Assembly (NCBI RefSeq): GCF_001194135.2
Contig: NC_068981.1
Coordinates: 65,073,947 to 65,130,133, forward strand
Origin: Octopus bimaculoides
Taxonomy: Eukaryota
Direction of reading: 5' to 3'
DNA: 56,187 bases
Below the pieces are notes generated by a model. The model had not been told where the DNA came from. It made no database searches and was given only the letters and a program-made list of their open reading frames with translations. Positions 38,871 to 53,400 of this stretch are shown piece after piece. Numbering within the stretch: the stretch's first letter is position 1; every line of letters begins with the position of its first letter. The position numbers and the translations under genes were made by a program.

Positions 38871-41800
38871 AGTGTTTCTATAAAGTATCAATAGCATCCT
38901 GAGAAAGATATCATTAGTACTATTCAAAACCCAGTGAATGGAGTCACTCAATCTTTTCCTTTTTAAAATAATTTAATGTCTTTAAGAAGGCAATGGATCT
39001 CAAAATCACTCGAACACAAGAAGTTTTGGAGCAGTTTATGTACCTTTGCATTTTGAGTTCAAGCCCCACTGAAGTTTACTTTACCATTCATTCTTTCATG
39101 GAATTGATAAACTAAGTTCTAGCCATTGTTTAGTCTTAGGTCAACCCTGACCCAACAGACCAGTGATCAACGACCATAACCATCTCATTTTTCTATTGGG
39201 GAAAGGTTATCAACTGTGCTTTTTTCTAAGACAGTGGGTGTAATTTGAGGGTGATTTAGCTGTTCCTAACAGGTGGTTTGATTTTAACTATAACCTCCAC
39301 TTCAAAATTTGCAGCCTTCCTTTTGATTGGGGGGGGGGGTAAAACAGCAGATATTGTAAGATTGGATGAAAGATAAGATGGTTAGATGGTCTTTGTTTAT
39401 AGGCCTACCAGGTCAAGGGATGGGCAACATGGCACTGAACAAAAACAAAGAAAATATTTGAAGAAAAATGTAAGCTGTAGGTGATATAATGTTATATATG
39501 TTTGTTAGCAACTTGATATCTTTCAACCGTTTAGTTTTTGTAGGAGTGACAACTTATGTAACGACTTTGAATAGTAAAAGATTGTTAGGCACAAGTGGAG
39601 AGGATGGGGGTCAATGATTGGATGACCGGGTTGCTGGTTATTATTTGAGGTCATTGTTGTGGTTGGTGTAAATTATAAACAGATTAGATCTTGAATTGAG
39701 GCAATTATTTAAATGTAAATATCATATAACCTAAAAATAAATATAGAAATAAGATTACTTGAGATAATTTTATTTGTAATGCTCTGATATCTTTGTTGTT
39801 GTTTAGCCCCAGGTTGTCTTGATCCAGGAGATATATGTTCTAGCCAAGATCACACTACACTTTGTTCTTCACTCTGTGCATTTTTGGTTATATTATCTAA
39901 TGTGTCCCCCCCCCCTTTTTTTTTTTTTTTCAAAGCAGTAAAATGTGACTTGAAGGAGTTTTGGCTGCTTTTTCTAATTGGTCAAAGATCCCCATCTTCT
40001 CCTTTATTAACAGACAGAGATGGACTGGTGTTGAAGACGTTGTTACCATTGAGTGAAAAGGCTGACTGCAAAAATAGATTTTATCTTTGTCTTAGAAATT
40101 GCAGCTGTTTAAGTTGATAAGGTACTTGGCTCCAAGCTGAAGGTTTAAGAATTCATATCCTGTCACCAGTATGACTGCACCATGTAGATGGCTGAGGTAC
40201 TTAACGTTCATAGTTATAAATAGCTATTATGAATACATTCTGTGGGTGCACTGTAGTATAACGTCATATGCTCACAGTGTTAATTAAATTTTCTATACTT
40301 TTAAGGTCTTCTTTTGTAGTTGTTTATATGTATGAGGGAGAGAGAGAGAAAGGAGTTGATGCTTTACACTACATTTTACCTGGTCCCCTTACCTCTTTTT
40401 GTCTGGTACAAATAGAGCTTTGTGATTCAGTAGTTTGTTTTCGGTTGAATTATTTGAGTTCACCCCCACTGTATAGCATGTTTGACCAGAGCCTTGTAAT
40501 TTAGCTTGAATCAACTGAAGCCTTGAGTGAAATACAGTCAATGGAAATTGTATAGATTATATTTGTTCTTTGCTGGTGGATTTGATCTTTCTTTCAGTTT
40601 AAACCATTATATGCAGAGTCCATTCTGCTGTAAACAGCCTGATGATGACCTACAAAGCATGGTTTCTTCTTTGTTTCCCACTGTCTTAGAAGCCCTGCAA
40701 AATGCTCATTAGTGCTGCTTTTCTTCTCTTGACTAATCAATAAAGGAACCCCATTTCTACTTCACTATAATATTGATTTTGAATAGTTTTGTGAGCTTGG
40801 TCCATGATAGAAACATTCACACATGACCTTTGCTCCTTGTTTACCAGTTTTCTTACTACCATGTCAAAACATATTTGAGATGGATAAATCTTTATCTTTG
40901 CCCACATTGGTTTAATAGAAATTAATCACTTCTTTAGAGAGATTTCATTTAAGTCCCCCACTCCATCACTCTGTTATAGTAATATAAATTGTGAAATTCT
41001 TTTATTTCCCAAAACCTCAGCATGTCATTTTGTCAGTCTTCTAGTTAGTAATTGTCAATATAGAAAAATAACCTACGACTAAGAAAAAAATTTTGTTCAG
41101 TAAACCTTCCTCTCTCTCTTACTTCCTTGCACTTTCTCAGTCTCTCTCTTGCTCTCTCTTTCTCTTTCGTCAGTTGGACACTCAAATATTCTACAACCTC
41201 TTCAAGTACTCAAAGACCTCCTTGCAAACCTAGCTCTCAAGCAGTAATATTTCCTGTCAAGGATTTATTTGTGATATCTCTATTTGCAGGCAAGAGCATT
41301 TAGTACAAGATTCCTCTTCGGTTTTCACAACTTAGCTTCAATTACTCTTAATTCTGTATTGTGCATTCTGTGAAAAATAATGTCATTGGTTTACTGCTTT
41401 TCCAGTGATAAGAGTGACAAGGGAGTGTCTACATTTTGAGCGCAATAAATACACAGTATTTTTGCTCAAATGCACCTGTTTTCTTGCTCACCAATATACA
41501 TTACTGAAAGGTGTGTGCCTCTGTGTATGTGTGTGTCTGTGTGTGTGTGTTTAGAGATACAGGCATGGCTGTGTAGTTAAGTTGGCTTCATAATGTCAAG
41601 GTTTTGAGCTTAGTCTCTTTTCATGGCACCTTGGGCAAATGTCTTCTATGATAGCCCTAGGCTGACCAATATGTTATGAATGAATTTCGTAAACCAAAAT
41701 TGTGCAGTAGCCCATTTATGTGTGTGTGTGTCCTTGTACTTATCTCTCATTGCTTAACAATGGTGTTGGTTTGTTTATGTCCTTTTGACTTAGTGATTTA

Positions 41801-42093
41801 GCAATAAGTGACCAATAGAATAGATATCAAACTTGAAAAATAAAAAAAATAAAAAATTTAATTTTTCAAAAACAGTGCAGGGATTGATTTGAATCATTTA
41901 AACCCTTCAAGTTGATGCCTCAGAATGGCTGCTGTTCAGTGACTGAAATAAGTAATATAATAAAAGAATCTATAATTGGCTTCTGCATACATTATGTTGA
42001 CCTCATCTCACTAGGTATTGGTTCACCTAAGGCTAAGGTAGAAACCGTCATCTACTTCACCAAGTTGTTGGAAATAGTTAGTGTGACTTGCAT

Positions 42094-42290
42094 AGTTATA
42101 TTGTAAACATTATCTGCAATAAATTATCTTCTCCAGGGAGAAATTTACTTATTGTCTACAGAACTAAGCATTGAGTTTTAAGTTTGACATTTTAGTTATA
42201 TTGTATGTGTTATCTGCCATAGGTTATCTTCTCCAGGGAGAGATTTTCATATTATCTGCATAGCTGAGCATTGGGCTTAAAGTGGCATTT
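42094..42290. repeat. diverged 100-bp tandem duplication
   Basis: TTATCTTCTCCAGGGAGA at 42124 and 42224. Confidence 0.8.
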
Positions 42291-43082
42291 ACATTTCACT
42301 TATATATTTTTTATTCCATCATTAAGCAACATACATAAAATATCTATAGCCCAAGAAGTAGATTGAGTCATGCTTAGTTGATTAATTATAAAACACTTTG
42401 TCAGATTTTTCTTGCAACTCCATATATGCTTCTTAATTTATTTGCCAGGTCTTTATTAAGCAAAATTACAATGTTGGGCAAAGCCTAGCAAATTGAACCT
42501 AGTATGAGTTTGTGTGCACAGGTACATGTGTATACTTAGGACCCCCCTTCGGTCATGATTGACCATGGGATTGCCCCTAGAAAGTTTGCCTCCGAGGCAG
42601 AAGTCTAGGTAAGGTTGTTTTATGGAAGATCAGCAGTTGCTCATGCATACCAGCCTCCCCTCTCCATGCCATCAATGTTATCCAAGGGAAAGGCAAAGGC
42701 CAATACAGCTGAGTGAACTGGAGCAATGTGAAATAAATTGAATCCATAATCGTGTGATTGAGAAGCAAGCTTCTTACCACACAGCCATACCTGTGTCCAT
42801 CTTATTTGCAAAACAAATGAACATTTATCTCTGAAACCTTTCAAAGTACTTCAGCTTTCTTCAGTGCTATGTTGTTTAGCTCCAGGACAGTCCTGGTTAA
42901 GTAGACATATGATTAAAGACATTCATGCCGCAATCATTCAATCTTCCTTTGTAGCCAAAAGCAAATTATTTCAAGTATTATCCATTTTACTAAACAGTAG
43001 AACGGAATTTAGGGAACATTTGACTTATTTCTAGCATGTCAAACAACCACAGTCTCTCATGATCTTTGAGGTTTCTCGAGCG

Positions 43083-43306
43083 AGATGAGCGTGGCCATTG
43101 CCAGTACCGCCTGACTGGCCTTCGTGCGGGTGACACGTAAAAGCACCCACTACACTCTCTGAGTGGTTGGCGTTAGGAAGGGCATCCAGCTTGAGAAACA
43201 CTACCAAATCAGATTGGAGCCTGGTGTAGCCATCTGGTTTCACCAGTCCTCAGTCAAATCGTCCAACCCATGCTAGCATGGAAAGCGGACGTTAAACGAC
43301 GACGAC
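43083..43306 (+). mobile_element. well-preserved RTE 3' UTR-derived element with (ACG)n tail
   Basis: CACGTAAAAGCACCCACTACACTCT...AGGAAGGGCATCCAGC...CCCATGCTAGCATGGAAAGCGGACGTTAAACGACGACGAC. Confidence 0.8.
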
Positions 43307-43896
43307 ATTATTACTATTATCATTATTATTTCTGCTTCTACTACTGGTACTTTGATTAAAAATTAAAACAATGAAATTGTAGCATTTTTCTCTTCTATAA
43401 TAGCAAATATTAATTACTTTGATTAAACTTCTATCCTTGAATTGGGAGACTCTTTGGGAATCACCGAATAAGGTACTTCCTTTGTCATGATCTTAAATGC
43501 TTACTGCTAGAGCTAAGCTACATTTCTGTCTCTTAAGTTGTTGTTGTAATGTTATTTCCTTTACTCTTTCTCACAGTACATGAATACACATTCTCATAAG
43601 TGTGCATGCACATTTACGTGTAAGCATGTTTGTTTGCATGCTTGTACAAATGTTAGAAGAAAAACTTGTTTCATCCTGGGAATCTTTCTTATGTGGGAAA
43701 TGAAACGAGTAAAAATAAAGCTTTATTTGTATAGAACTGGTATTGTTCAGAGAATCCTTATTAGATTATAATGTAAGCAGGACATAGATTGATAGGTTAT
43801 ATTTCTAACTTTTTTCCATAAAATAAACAGTAGGATCCTCAAGAACTAGTGGTCAGCTTGCATTTACTAAGTACACAAAGGGTTATTTTGTTTTGA

Positions 43897-44315
43897 GTGA
43901 AGGACAGATTGTATGATACTTATGTATGAAGTATGATGCTGCATGGTTGTGAATCATGAGCTTTGAATGCAGATTATTTGTGAAAGTTAGAAAGAAATTA
44001 GATGTGTAATGTTATTGTGCATGAATAATGGGACACAAATGAGCTGAGAAAAACTGAACATAATCAAATGTAGTATGCAAGAGAGAATATTACACTGATA
44101 TGTGCATATGGTGTGTATTAAGAATATCAGGTGTATAAAGATGTGCTAGCACTTGAAGTGGACAGAACTTGTGCAAGAGAGAGACCTAAGAAAACATTGC
44201 ATAAAGTAGGCCAGACTGATCCCAAGAATCTGGACCTCATAAAGGGCTGGCAAAGAGCTGTGACATGTTGATACACAGGACTGCAGAAGACTCATTCATC
44301 CATGCAAGCAGAGTG
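43897..44315 (+). mobile_element. RTE-clade LINE 3' fragment (decayed, same lineage as 28220-28748)
   Basis: VKDRLYDTYV*SMMLHGCES*ALNADYL*KLERN, then R.RP.KT-like sequence and a CATCCATGCAAGC tail remnant. Confidence 0.7.
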
Positions 44316-46602
44316 GTAGTAATAGAGGTGACAATGTATAATATATCTACATTTGGGTCTTTTGCTTATGTTCCTGTTAAATCTCCCTTTTGCCTCCCCA
44401 CCATCTCTTTGTTACCCTCTCGTCTTGCACTTGTCTTCTCTCCTATTCTCTCTATTACACTGCCTATATAACAAGATGTGGCTTTGTTTTTATATTCAAT
44501 TCCTCCCCTTTAACTTCTATCATTCTACTTCACTTCCACCACAGGGATGGCATCATATCTTTCCATATTCTATATCCCCTACTGTCACCCTTCGTTTTAC
44601 AGCCATAACTCTCTCTCTCTCCTGTCCTAACTCTTCGAAACGCCTGTGTTAGAATGGGGGCAGCTGATGAAGGAAAATGTTCTCTATGTGGCCTGTGTAT
44701 TTTCTGTACTCTCGTTATTATTATTTTTTTGTCTACGTTTTGTTTGCAACGTCCTGTACCCAGATATACACCTATATATACAGGTAGATGTAGGTATGCA
44801 CATACTTGTACGTGTATATGCATATACTCATTTATTATTTGTTATATATATATATAACATCCACCTCTGTCTTTTACTATTACCTGTCTCTATTTTTATC
44901 CCTCACTCATTCCGTCTTGGTATCAGCATATTCATTACTGTCCTTCACACTCTTCCTTTTTTCTCTCTCTGAAGACACAGACATACATTACTTCCTCTTC
45001 TATTAGTCTTTCTTGACATACATCACTCTCCTTCACTTCCATCATTCCGCTTCTCTTTATCATTTACCAAAAACCTATATCTACCTGTCTATCACTGCAT
45101 CTCTTTCATCACTCTGCTTCCCTCTTTTTGAAGAAGTGGAAACAACATAGAATGAAGAGGACTTAGTTTTGCAGAAAACAAGGTAACCTCTCTAAAGCTG
45201 GTGCTATTATGAAATTTACCCAGTACACTGTAGAATAGTTGAGCAAGATGCATTCCTTTAGCTCAACCAAATAAGAACTGGCTTGGACCTATGACAATCT
45301 ATTTACCCATCTCAGTTTTGAAAGCAGACATAAAATTGTGGTAATTGAAATCTTTATTCACTATTAGAAATGTTTGCCCCTTTTATCTATATCATTCCTC
45401 TTATAAATGCTGTTGATTTGTTTCCATTGAAGCATTTGTCATTTGTGGCTGTCATCAGGTGTAATAGTGTGCAGAATATTTTTAAATGCTATATAATCAA
45501 TTGGAGAGGAAGGAGGGCTTTTCTTTATTCATTTTTTTCATTTGTCTTATTTTTTGGGTTTTTTTTTCATTTTCTTTGAGTTGTTTTCAAAACTAAGTGT
45601 TCTATTTAAAGTTAACGTATTCAAATATTTTAATGAATTAAGTAAGTACTAGATGTCTTACAGATCAAGAGATAGGTAATGTGTATATCTAAGACTGTTT
45701 ATTTGTTATTCATCAATTTACACCATTAATCTTGTATTATATTGCTTTTGCTCACTCACACACATAAATATTACCTGTGCGCATGTGTATATTTTTGTGT
45801 TTTTGTTTGCTATCATCTTCTAAATAGTGCTTTTGTGCAGATATATAAAGTCAATGTGAAAGTCGATAAAAAGTAGACTCGTACATTTTATTGACTTCAA
45901 TGATGTCTTTGTGTATCTAAACAAAAACACTCATTAGAAAATATACACTCATTATTCAATACTGTTTTACCCATTACAAAAATAGAAACATTTTAAATTG
46001 AACTAATATATATATGTATATATAAATGAGATTCAGTTAAATTAGGTACTTAAGTTGAAACACCGAGTCAGTCTGGTATTAAGCCACACAGCACAAAGTA
46101 GGGTGAATAAAATCAAAATAAGCAACAGGATGTCAAGGACGACCATTTCAAGCAGCTCCATTTAATTGAACAAAACAATCATTACATCAATTCAAATGCA
46201 ATGCCAGCCAATTCATTTGTGCAGCTGAAGATGGCAATGCATTTAAATTGATATGATTGCATTGTTCAATTAAATGAGGCGCTTGAAATGGTTGTACTGC
46301 TGTACTACTTGATATCATGTTGCTTATTTTGAGATATATATATACATACATACATAGATATATATATGTATGTAGGTAGGTATATATAAATATTGTCATT
46401 GTATCATATATCTAAAGAAGCACACTCTAAACCATAGAGCAGTAATGTATTAAAAGTAATCGAGTCAATGTCCGATCATAGAGTGACCAATGGTTTTTGC
46501 ATCCACAATGGCTTTACAGTCTGAAAAGATGTCCACAAAGCTAAAGCCTTTGTGGATGTAAAACCATTAGTCACTATGATCAGACATTGACTCGATTACT
46601 TT

Positions 46603-46667
46603 ATGTGTATGTATGTATGTGTGTATGTATGTATGTATGTATGTATGTGTGTATGTATGTATGTATG

Positions 46668-46706
<39 letters not shown>
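46603..46706. repeat. (TATG)n-(TA)n microsatellite running into a gap
   Basis: Direct reading. Confidence 0.97.
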
Positions 46707-47134
46707 NNNNNNNNNNNNNNNNNNNNNNNNNNNNNNNNNNNNNNNNNNNNNNNNNNNNNNNNNNNNNNNNNNNNNNNNNNNNNNNNNNNNNNNNNNNNNN
46801 NNNNNNNNNNNNNNNNNNNNNNNNNNNNNNNNNNNNNNNNNNNNNNNNNNNNNNNNNNNNNNNNNNNNNNNNNNNNNNNNNNNNNNNNNNNNNNNNNNNN
46901 NNNNNNNNNNNNNNNNNNNNNNNNNNNNNNNNNNNNNNNNNNNNNNNNNNNNNNNNNNNNNNNNNNNNNNNNNNNNNNNNNNNNNNNNNNNNNNNNNNNN
47001 NNNNNNNNNNNNNNNNNNNNNNNNNNNNNNNNNNNNNNNNNNNNNNNNNNNNNNNNNNNNNNNNNNNNNNNNNNNNNNNNNNNNNNNNNNNNNNNNNNNN
47101 NNNNNNNNNNNNNNNNNNNNNNNNNNNNNNNNNN
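46707..47134. other. assembly gap (428 N)
   Basis: N run. Confidence 1.
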
Positions 47135-48129
47135 CACGGGTGTTTTAACTGAAGTTAACTTAAATCTTCATCCTCTTCAGGAGTCAATAATGAAATTGGA
47201 ACAGAAATATACCAGGTATCATTTTATGTTGCAAAACCTAAGAAGGAACACCAAAATGGGCATCCCTTTGGATACTGTTCTTACTAGTAAACCACATCTT
47301 TTACGAAATTGTTGTCAGTAGCCCATATTTTTTAGTGTAACAAATGAAGTACTTCTGTGTCAACAGTAAGAATGAAGTAAAATACCACAAAGGAATGTTC
47401 TGCATGCTAAAACATTTGGTTGGGTGGAGTCTCATGTTATCTAGTGAGTGGAATAACTTTGCTTGACTTAGAAGTATATTCTTTGCTGATGAGATTTAAT
47501 AAGGTCAAAGCTTATGTTGTTTTCACCAATTGATTTTTAAAGATAAAATCACCTCCCATCTATATTGTCTTTCAAAAACTTTGATTAGCTGAATTTCTCG
47601 GTGTTATTTCCATTACTGTTTGATTTCATATTGAATTATTGACAAAAATGACTAATCCTAGTTCAATTGTTAACCTTGCAATATGCAAGTAACACTGTTT
47701 TAAGGTTTATTGTTTTATTCTCTTGATTTTAGATTTAACATTCTACTAATTGCATGGAGAGTTTCAGTTCATAAAATTTTTTCAATACAATATGAGTGAC
47801 CCAGTCAGAAGTACAACTGTGTCTTAGGCAGTTGTGAAGTTACTTATGATAGATTAATAGACTTCCTATCTTTCATCAGCTTTCACTCCCCACCCCCTTG
47901 CTGTTTCACATATATTTTCTTCACTCAGCCAAAAAGCAGAAGTGAAACCTTATTGTTTCTCAGGCAAACAGGAACAAGCTGGATTCACTCAACATAATTA
48001 GTTCTGGTAGTAAGGTTTTATTTCACAACCATATTGTCAGAAGTACTGAACTTTAACCTTACACCCATCATTCTTGAATGCTAACACTAGAAAATGCAAC
48101 ACACACATGTATGTGTGTTTGTGTGTGTG

Positions 48130-48176
<47 letters not shown>

Positions 48177-49662
48177 ATATAGACAACGGTCTTCTTTCAA
48201 TTTCCATCTACCAAATCCACTCACAAGGCTTTGGTCGGCCCAAGATTATAGTAAAAGACACTTGCCCAAGGTGCCATGCAGTCGGACTGAACCCGGACTG
48301 AACAGTTTCAGTTTCCGGCTATCAAATTCTCTCATAAGGTTTTGGTTGCCTTGGGACTATAGTAAAAGACACTTGTTCAAGGTGACATGCTTTGGGACTG
48401 AACACAAAACCCATGTACCTGGGAAGTCAATTTCTTAATCACACAGCCATGCCAGTGCCAAAGCAAGATGCTTTTTTAGTTGTTGACCACATAAAGACCA
48501 TCCATGGAGGTAGATGTAACATCTATCTTCTGCAAGTAATGAAATTATACTCCAACGCTTCTGTTACAGGTATTTGAAATCTTGACTTTCAGTTTAGTAA
48601 ATACATAGGTTAACTACCACAATTTCATTCATAATATTCTGAATGATGTGTGGCTGTGGTCATTCATAGTAAAAGACAAACACTGTTTAACCCCAGGTTT
48701 TTATCCTGATTGAGCAGGCCTGTAATGAAAGGAATTCCAAATGCTGCCATCTCATATCTTTCAGACATAATATAATTAGGATTACATTATCCAATGTATC
48801 CTTTTGTAAATTTTTTTTAAATAGTAAAGAGAACTGTGGGAAAGTGATTTAACTCCTATTTCAAGTATGTTATGTAACCACAGAGGTTCCCACTTTGGTT
48901 CTGAGTCTGTTAGTGAAGCATAGTGGATTTCATATTGAGGTATTGGAAAACTGACCAATGATAGTTTAAACTTTAATCTTGCCAGTAACCATGTTCTAAA
49001 TGTTTACATTTTATTCTCTTAATTTAGTTTTGTTTGAATGTCTTTAATTTGTATTTCCACTGACCAAAGAGTGAATGGTTAGCTTAGGTAATGAATAAAA
49101 TGGACGGTATTGGAAATATGACTTATAAAGGTTAAACTCTTGAAATTGGATTCAATCTAATCAATTAACTTGGAAGAGCCTTAAAGATTAATTAGCTATT
49201 ATCCTCTCCTGAATCCAGATATATAGTGTACTTTCTGAAGTTTAAACAAAAGAATACCCCCAAAGCATGTTCTTCTAAGCAATTGATCTGACCTTATTAG
49301 GTTGGCTTTCAATTAGCCTTTTTAATTGACTGACATGTATTCATTACTAAAGCAATTTATATTCTGTCTCCAATTCCCAAGTATAATTTCTGTAATTGTA
49401 TCAGAAATATTATATCCCCTCTCTTTTATTCTTTTACTGGCTTCAGCCAGTATGTTATGGACAAGCAATGGCACCACCTTCTGGAGATTTTATCAATTAT
49501 ATCAGTTTTAGTACTTTGTCAGTATTATTTTATGAACATTGAGGGGAAGAAGGGCAAAAATCAACTTGGGTCTAATGAATATATAAAAAAAAAACACCAT
49601 AAAGTATTTTTGTTCAATGCTCCACTGATTCTACCATCCACACATCAAAGTTATATATATAT

Positions 49663-50438
49663 NNNNNNNNNNNNNNNNNNNNNNNNNNNNNNNNNNNNNN
49701 NNNNNNNNNNNNNNNNNNNNNNNNNNNNNNNNNNNNNNNNNNNNNNNNNNNNNNNNNNNNNNNNNNNNNNNNNNNNNNNNNNNNNNNNNNNNNNNNNNNN
49801 NNNNNNNNNNNNNNNNNNNNNNNNNNNNNNNNNNNNNNNNNNNNNNNNNNNNNNNNNNNNNNNNNNNNNNNNNNNNNNNNNNNNNNNNNNNNNNNNNNNN
49901 NNNNNNNNNNNNNNNNNNNNNNNNNNNNNNNNNNNNNNNNNNNNNNNNNNNNNNNNNNNNNNNNNNNNNNNNNNNNNNNNNNNNNNNNNNNNNNNNNNNN
50001 NNNNNNNNNNNNNNNNNNNNNNNNNNNNNNNNNNNNNNNNNNNNNNNNNNNNNNNNNNNNNNNNNNNNNNNNNNNNNNNNNNNNNNNNNNNNNNNNNNNN
50101 NNNNNNNNNNNNNNNNNNNNNNNNNNNNNNNNNNNNNNNNNNNNNNNNNNNNNNNNNNNNNNNNNNNNNNNNNNNNNNNNNNNNNNNNNNNNNNNNNNNN
50201 NNNNNNNNNNNNNNNNNNNNNNNNNNNNNNNNNNNNNNNNNNNNNNNNNNNNNNNNNNNNNNNNNNNNNNNNNNNNNNNNNNNNNNNNNNNNNNNNNNNN
50301 NNNNNNNNNNNNNNNNNNNNNNNNNNNNNNNNNNNNNNNNNNNNNNNNNNNNNNNNNNNNNNNNNNNNNNNNNNNNNNNNNNNNNNNNNNNNNNNNNNNN
50401 NNNNNNNNNNNNNNNNNNNNNNNNNNNNNNNNNNNNNN
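49663..50438. other. assembly gap (776 N)
   Basis: N run. Confidence 1.
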
Positions 50439-53400
50439 TTTTGTAGGAATAATTTGTCTGATTTGCATTTTATTATATGTAAGTTTTTGTTAAGGTAATC
50501 AGAATATTTCTAGACAGACAGAGATTCAAATGATTTACTGCATCCAGTTTATGCTTTCACTTTTCTGAGTTAACAAATTCTACAAGATTCAACTTTTAAT
50601 TTAACAATAGATTTTAAGCTAATGAAGAAAGGACTTCTTACATGATCAAAGCTTGGTATAACCATACTTGTTTTGCCCACAGTTACAGAACACACTTTAA
50701 TCAGCTTGTTTCGCTTTGCTATGCTGAAGAGTCTATGCTACTTCTTTCATAGTTGACTGATTAGTGGTTAGGAAGAAATCAAGATCCTTCCAAAATGTAG
50801 TCAAATTTGTGTGAGTGCGAAGATACATGTGGCAAATGATAAAATATTTCAAATTTCTACATATTTTTATAGTGTCACCTTTCACATAAACTGTTTTTTT
50901 TGGAGGGGTGGTGGAGGTTGTTATTTCTATTCCAATATAGAGTATACACCTGTTTGTACACATGCATGCACCCAAAATATGCACTAACATAGACAATTTT
51001 GAGAAATTCATGGTTGTATAGATGTCCGATAATTTTCAGTCCAAAGTGGTAAATTTTTATATCATTACAATCACAATAGAATATCTGAAAGATAAAATAT
51101 TCATCTTCATCTGAATCATATTTAAGACCCAAATCTTTAGATGATTAAGGCTTTGACAGATTAAGAGATTATCATTTATCATTCTGGAAAATGTCCCAAT
51201 ATCGCTGTATGTTTATCAACTGTAACTAATGTCAAACATATCAGAATTATTACTTTCTGTTTAGTCATTTCCCAAACCAACTGAATTGTTTTGTAAAAAA
51301 TAAAAAAAAAATAAAAAAAAATTTCCTTTTGAATATAAAAATATCTTGCTCACATCTTTCCCTCAAGTTTACCTGAAAGTTTTTAACAGAGAATTATGTA
51401 GACTTTGTATAATAAAGATGTTTTTGTGAAACTAGTTTGCTTTTTTATTTATCTTAGTATAACTAAAATATTTGTAGGTTTTATAAAATGGCAAAACCAC
51501 ATATACTCATATTTTATAAAAACCAAATTGTTAATTTTGTTCTGGAAAAAAAAAAAAAAACCCATTTTAATGCATTTAAAAAATGCATGTTGAGATTTTT
51601 GTCTCTTGTTTGTTTTGAGTCTAAACCTTGAGGTCTTCAGAGATTTCTTTAGGTGCTTTACTCCACAATGAATGACCTGTATCATTTGCTTTGCTACATC
51701 TGTAAAACTGTGATTTAGTTAATATTGATATTTTTCAGCCCTTACCCTTTCTATAATTCTTGCCCTTTCTATAATTTTTTTCTTTTTTGTGTGTGTTATT
51801 CATTCATTTGGCATTCGAAGAAAATAGCCTGTTATGACATACCTATTGTGCAATTCCTCAATGGTTAGCTGCTATTTTTATTCGGTTGATCTTATTACAT
51901 CACCCTAGTAGCATGCGATAGTGTGTTGTGTGTGTGTGTATGTATGTATATATATATATGTATATGAAAGTTTCATCATGATATTGTATAGAAAATCTTT
52001 AACTGATCACAAAGTTGGCATTGAACTAACTTCATAGTGATTGGAAATAAATTGACGAGGATAACTTTTGATTCTAAAGTTTGAATCCATGAAGTTCTGA
52101 AGGTGGTCAAAATACTATATGGATATGACAATGTATTTTGTTTTCTATATCTTGAATTATTCTTTCATATATATGTGTGTGTGTGTGTGCTTGTGGGCAT
52201 GTGTATATGTGTGTTCTATATATTTGACTGAACATTCTATAGAATTTCTCTCTAAGATGCTTGGCAAGAAATTTGGTCTTAGCATTGAAACAGATACTGT
52301 ATTGTTCATTTAATAATTAAATATATACACAATTTATTGTTCACATCTGTACTGCTTTCTATATAGTTTAAAATTATACATTTCATCCATATACAATCTG
52401 GTCATTGATGCTTTACAGATGAGCAATTCAGTTGTTTGCTCAGCTGGATGATTTGCTATGTGAATTAACATAGTATATCATGGATGCAAATATATACTCT
52501 TTAATGTAATTTTCAGGCAGACTCATTAGTGCAGCGTAGACTTTTGACAGTTTCCATCTCCCCAGTTTTGCTCACAAGGCTGGAGTTGACACTGAGTTGC
52601 TATATAGTGAGATAAAACCAAGACATCATGATTGCAATAACAAACTTAACTATTTGCTCATGCTACATCAACACTGTGTGTGAGTGCATGTACATGTCTG
52701 TACATAGCTATGGTTGGAGCTATGTGCAAAAGGTCGAACAAAAACACACTGTCTACATATAGCAAATTTGAAGCATCATGAACTACACCTGTTTGTCCCG
52801 GATGAATGCCTCAAAGCATATTGGCTAAATAAACCCAATCTCCAAAAGAAAGATATCGAGAGCATTACCATGGATGGTGTAGAGACTGCCAAAATTCTAG
52901 CTAAGAAAACCTTAAAATCAGATGGGTTGCTGCAACAGCTGTACTCTATGAAACGTACATTAAGCTTCAACCCAACAAACTCAAAATATGCTGTGACTGC
53001 TGTGTGAAAAACCTACTTGCATGATGCTTAATACTTTCACACCTGTACAAGTTCTTTCTTTGCCTGTTGCCAAGCCCAACTCATTTGGTAGATGTGTTTT
53101 TCTCTTTGCTGTAAATACATGATACAAATTTTCAGATGCAACAATTGTTAGACCTCTCTTTGAGTTCATACATCTTATGAGACTGTATTGTTCTCAAATG
53201 TTTATAATGGGTTCTGATTTTAAGCACAATGCCAGCAATTTTTTAAGGGAAGGAGTTTAGTCGATACCATCAATTCCAATACTTGATTGGTCCTATATTT
53301 TATCAACCTTGGAAGGATGAAAGCTAGTTGACGTCGGCAAGGTTGGAACTCAGATTGTAAAGAACTGGAATATTTTCCAATGCTGTAACACTTCTTCTGC

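Noticed and set aside
44630-44690. Hammerhead-like words (CGAAAC then CTGATGA) in a Penelope-looking repeat
   Set aside because: I could not build stems I-III in any hammerhead topology; at most a decayed relic.
47135-47321. Open frame continuing after gap 3 (TGVLTEVNLNLHPLQ...)
   Set aside because: About 60 codons, unrecognised, and its start is hidden in the gap.
20809-50468. The longest ORF-track entries (178-329 aa) at 20.8-21.5, 26.8-27.6, 46.6-47.3 and 49.5-50.5 kb
   Set aside because: They are open only because they cross N runs.
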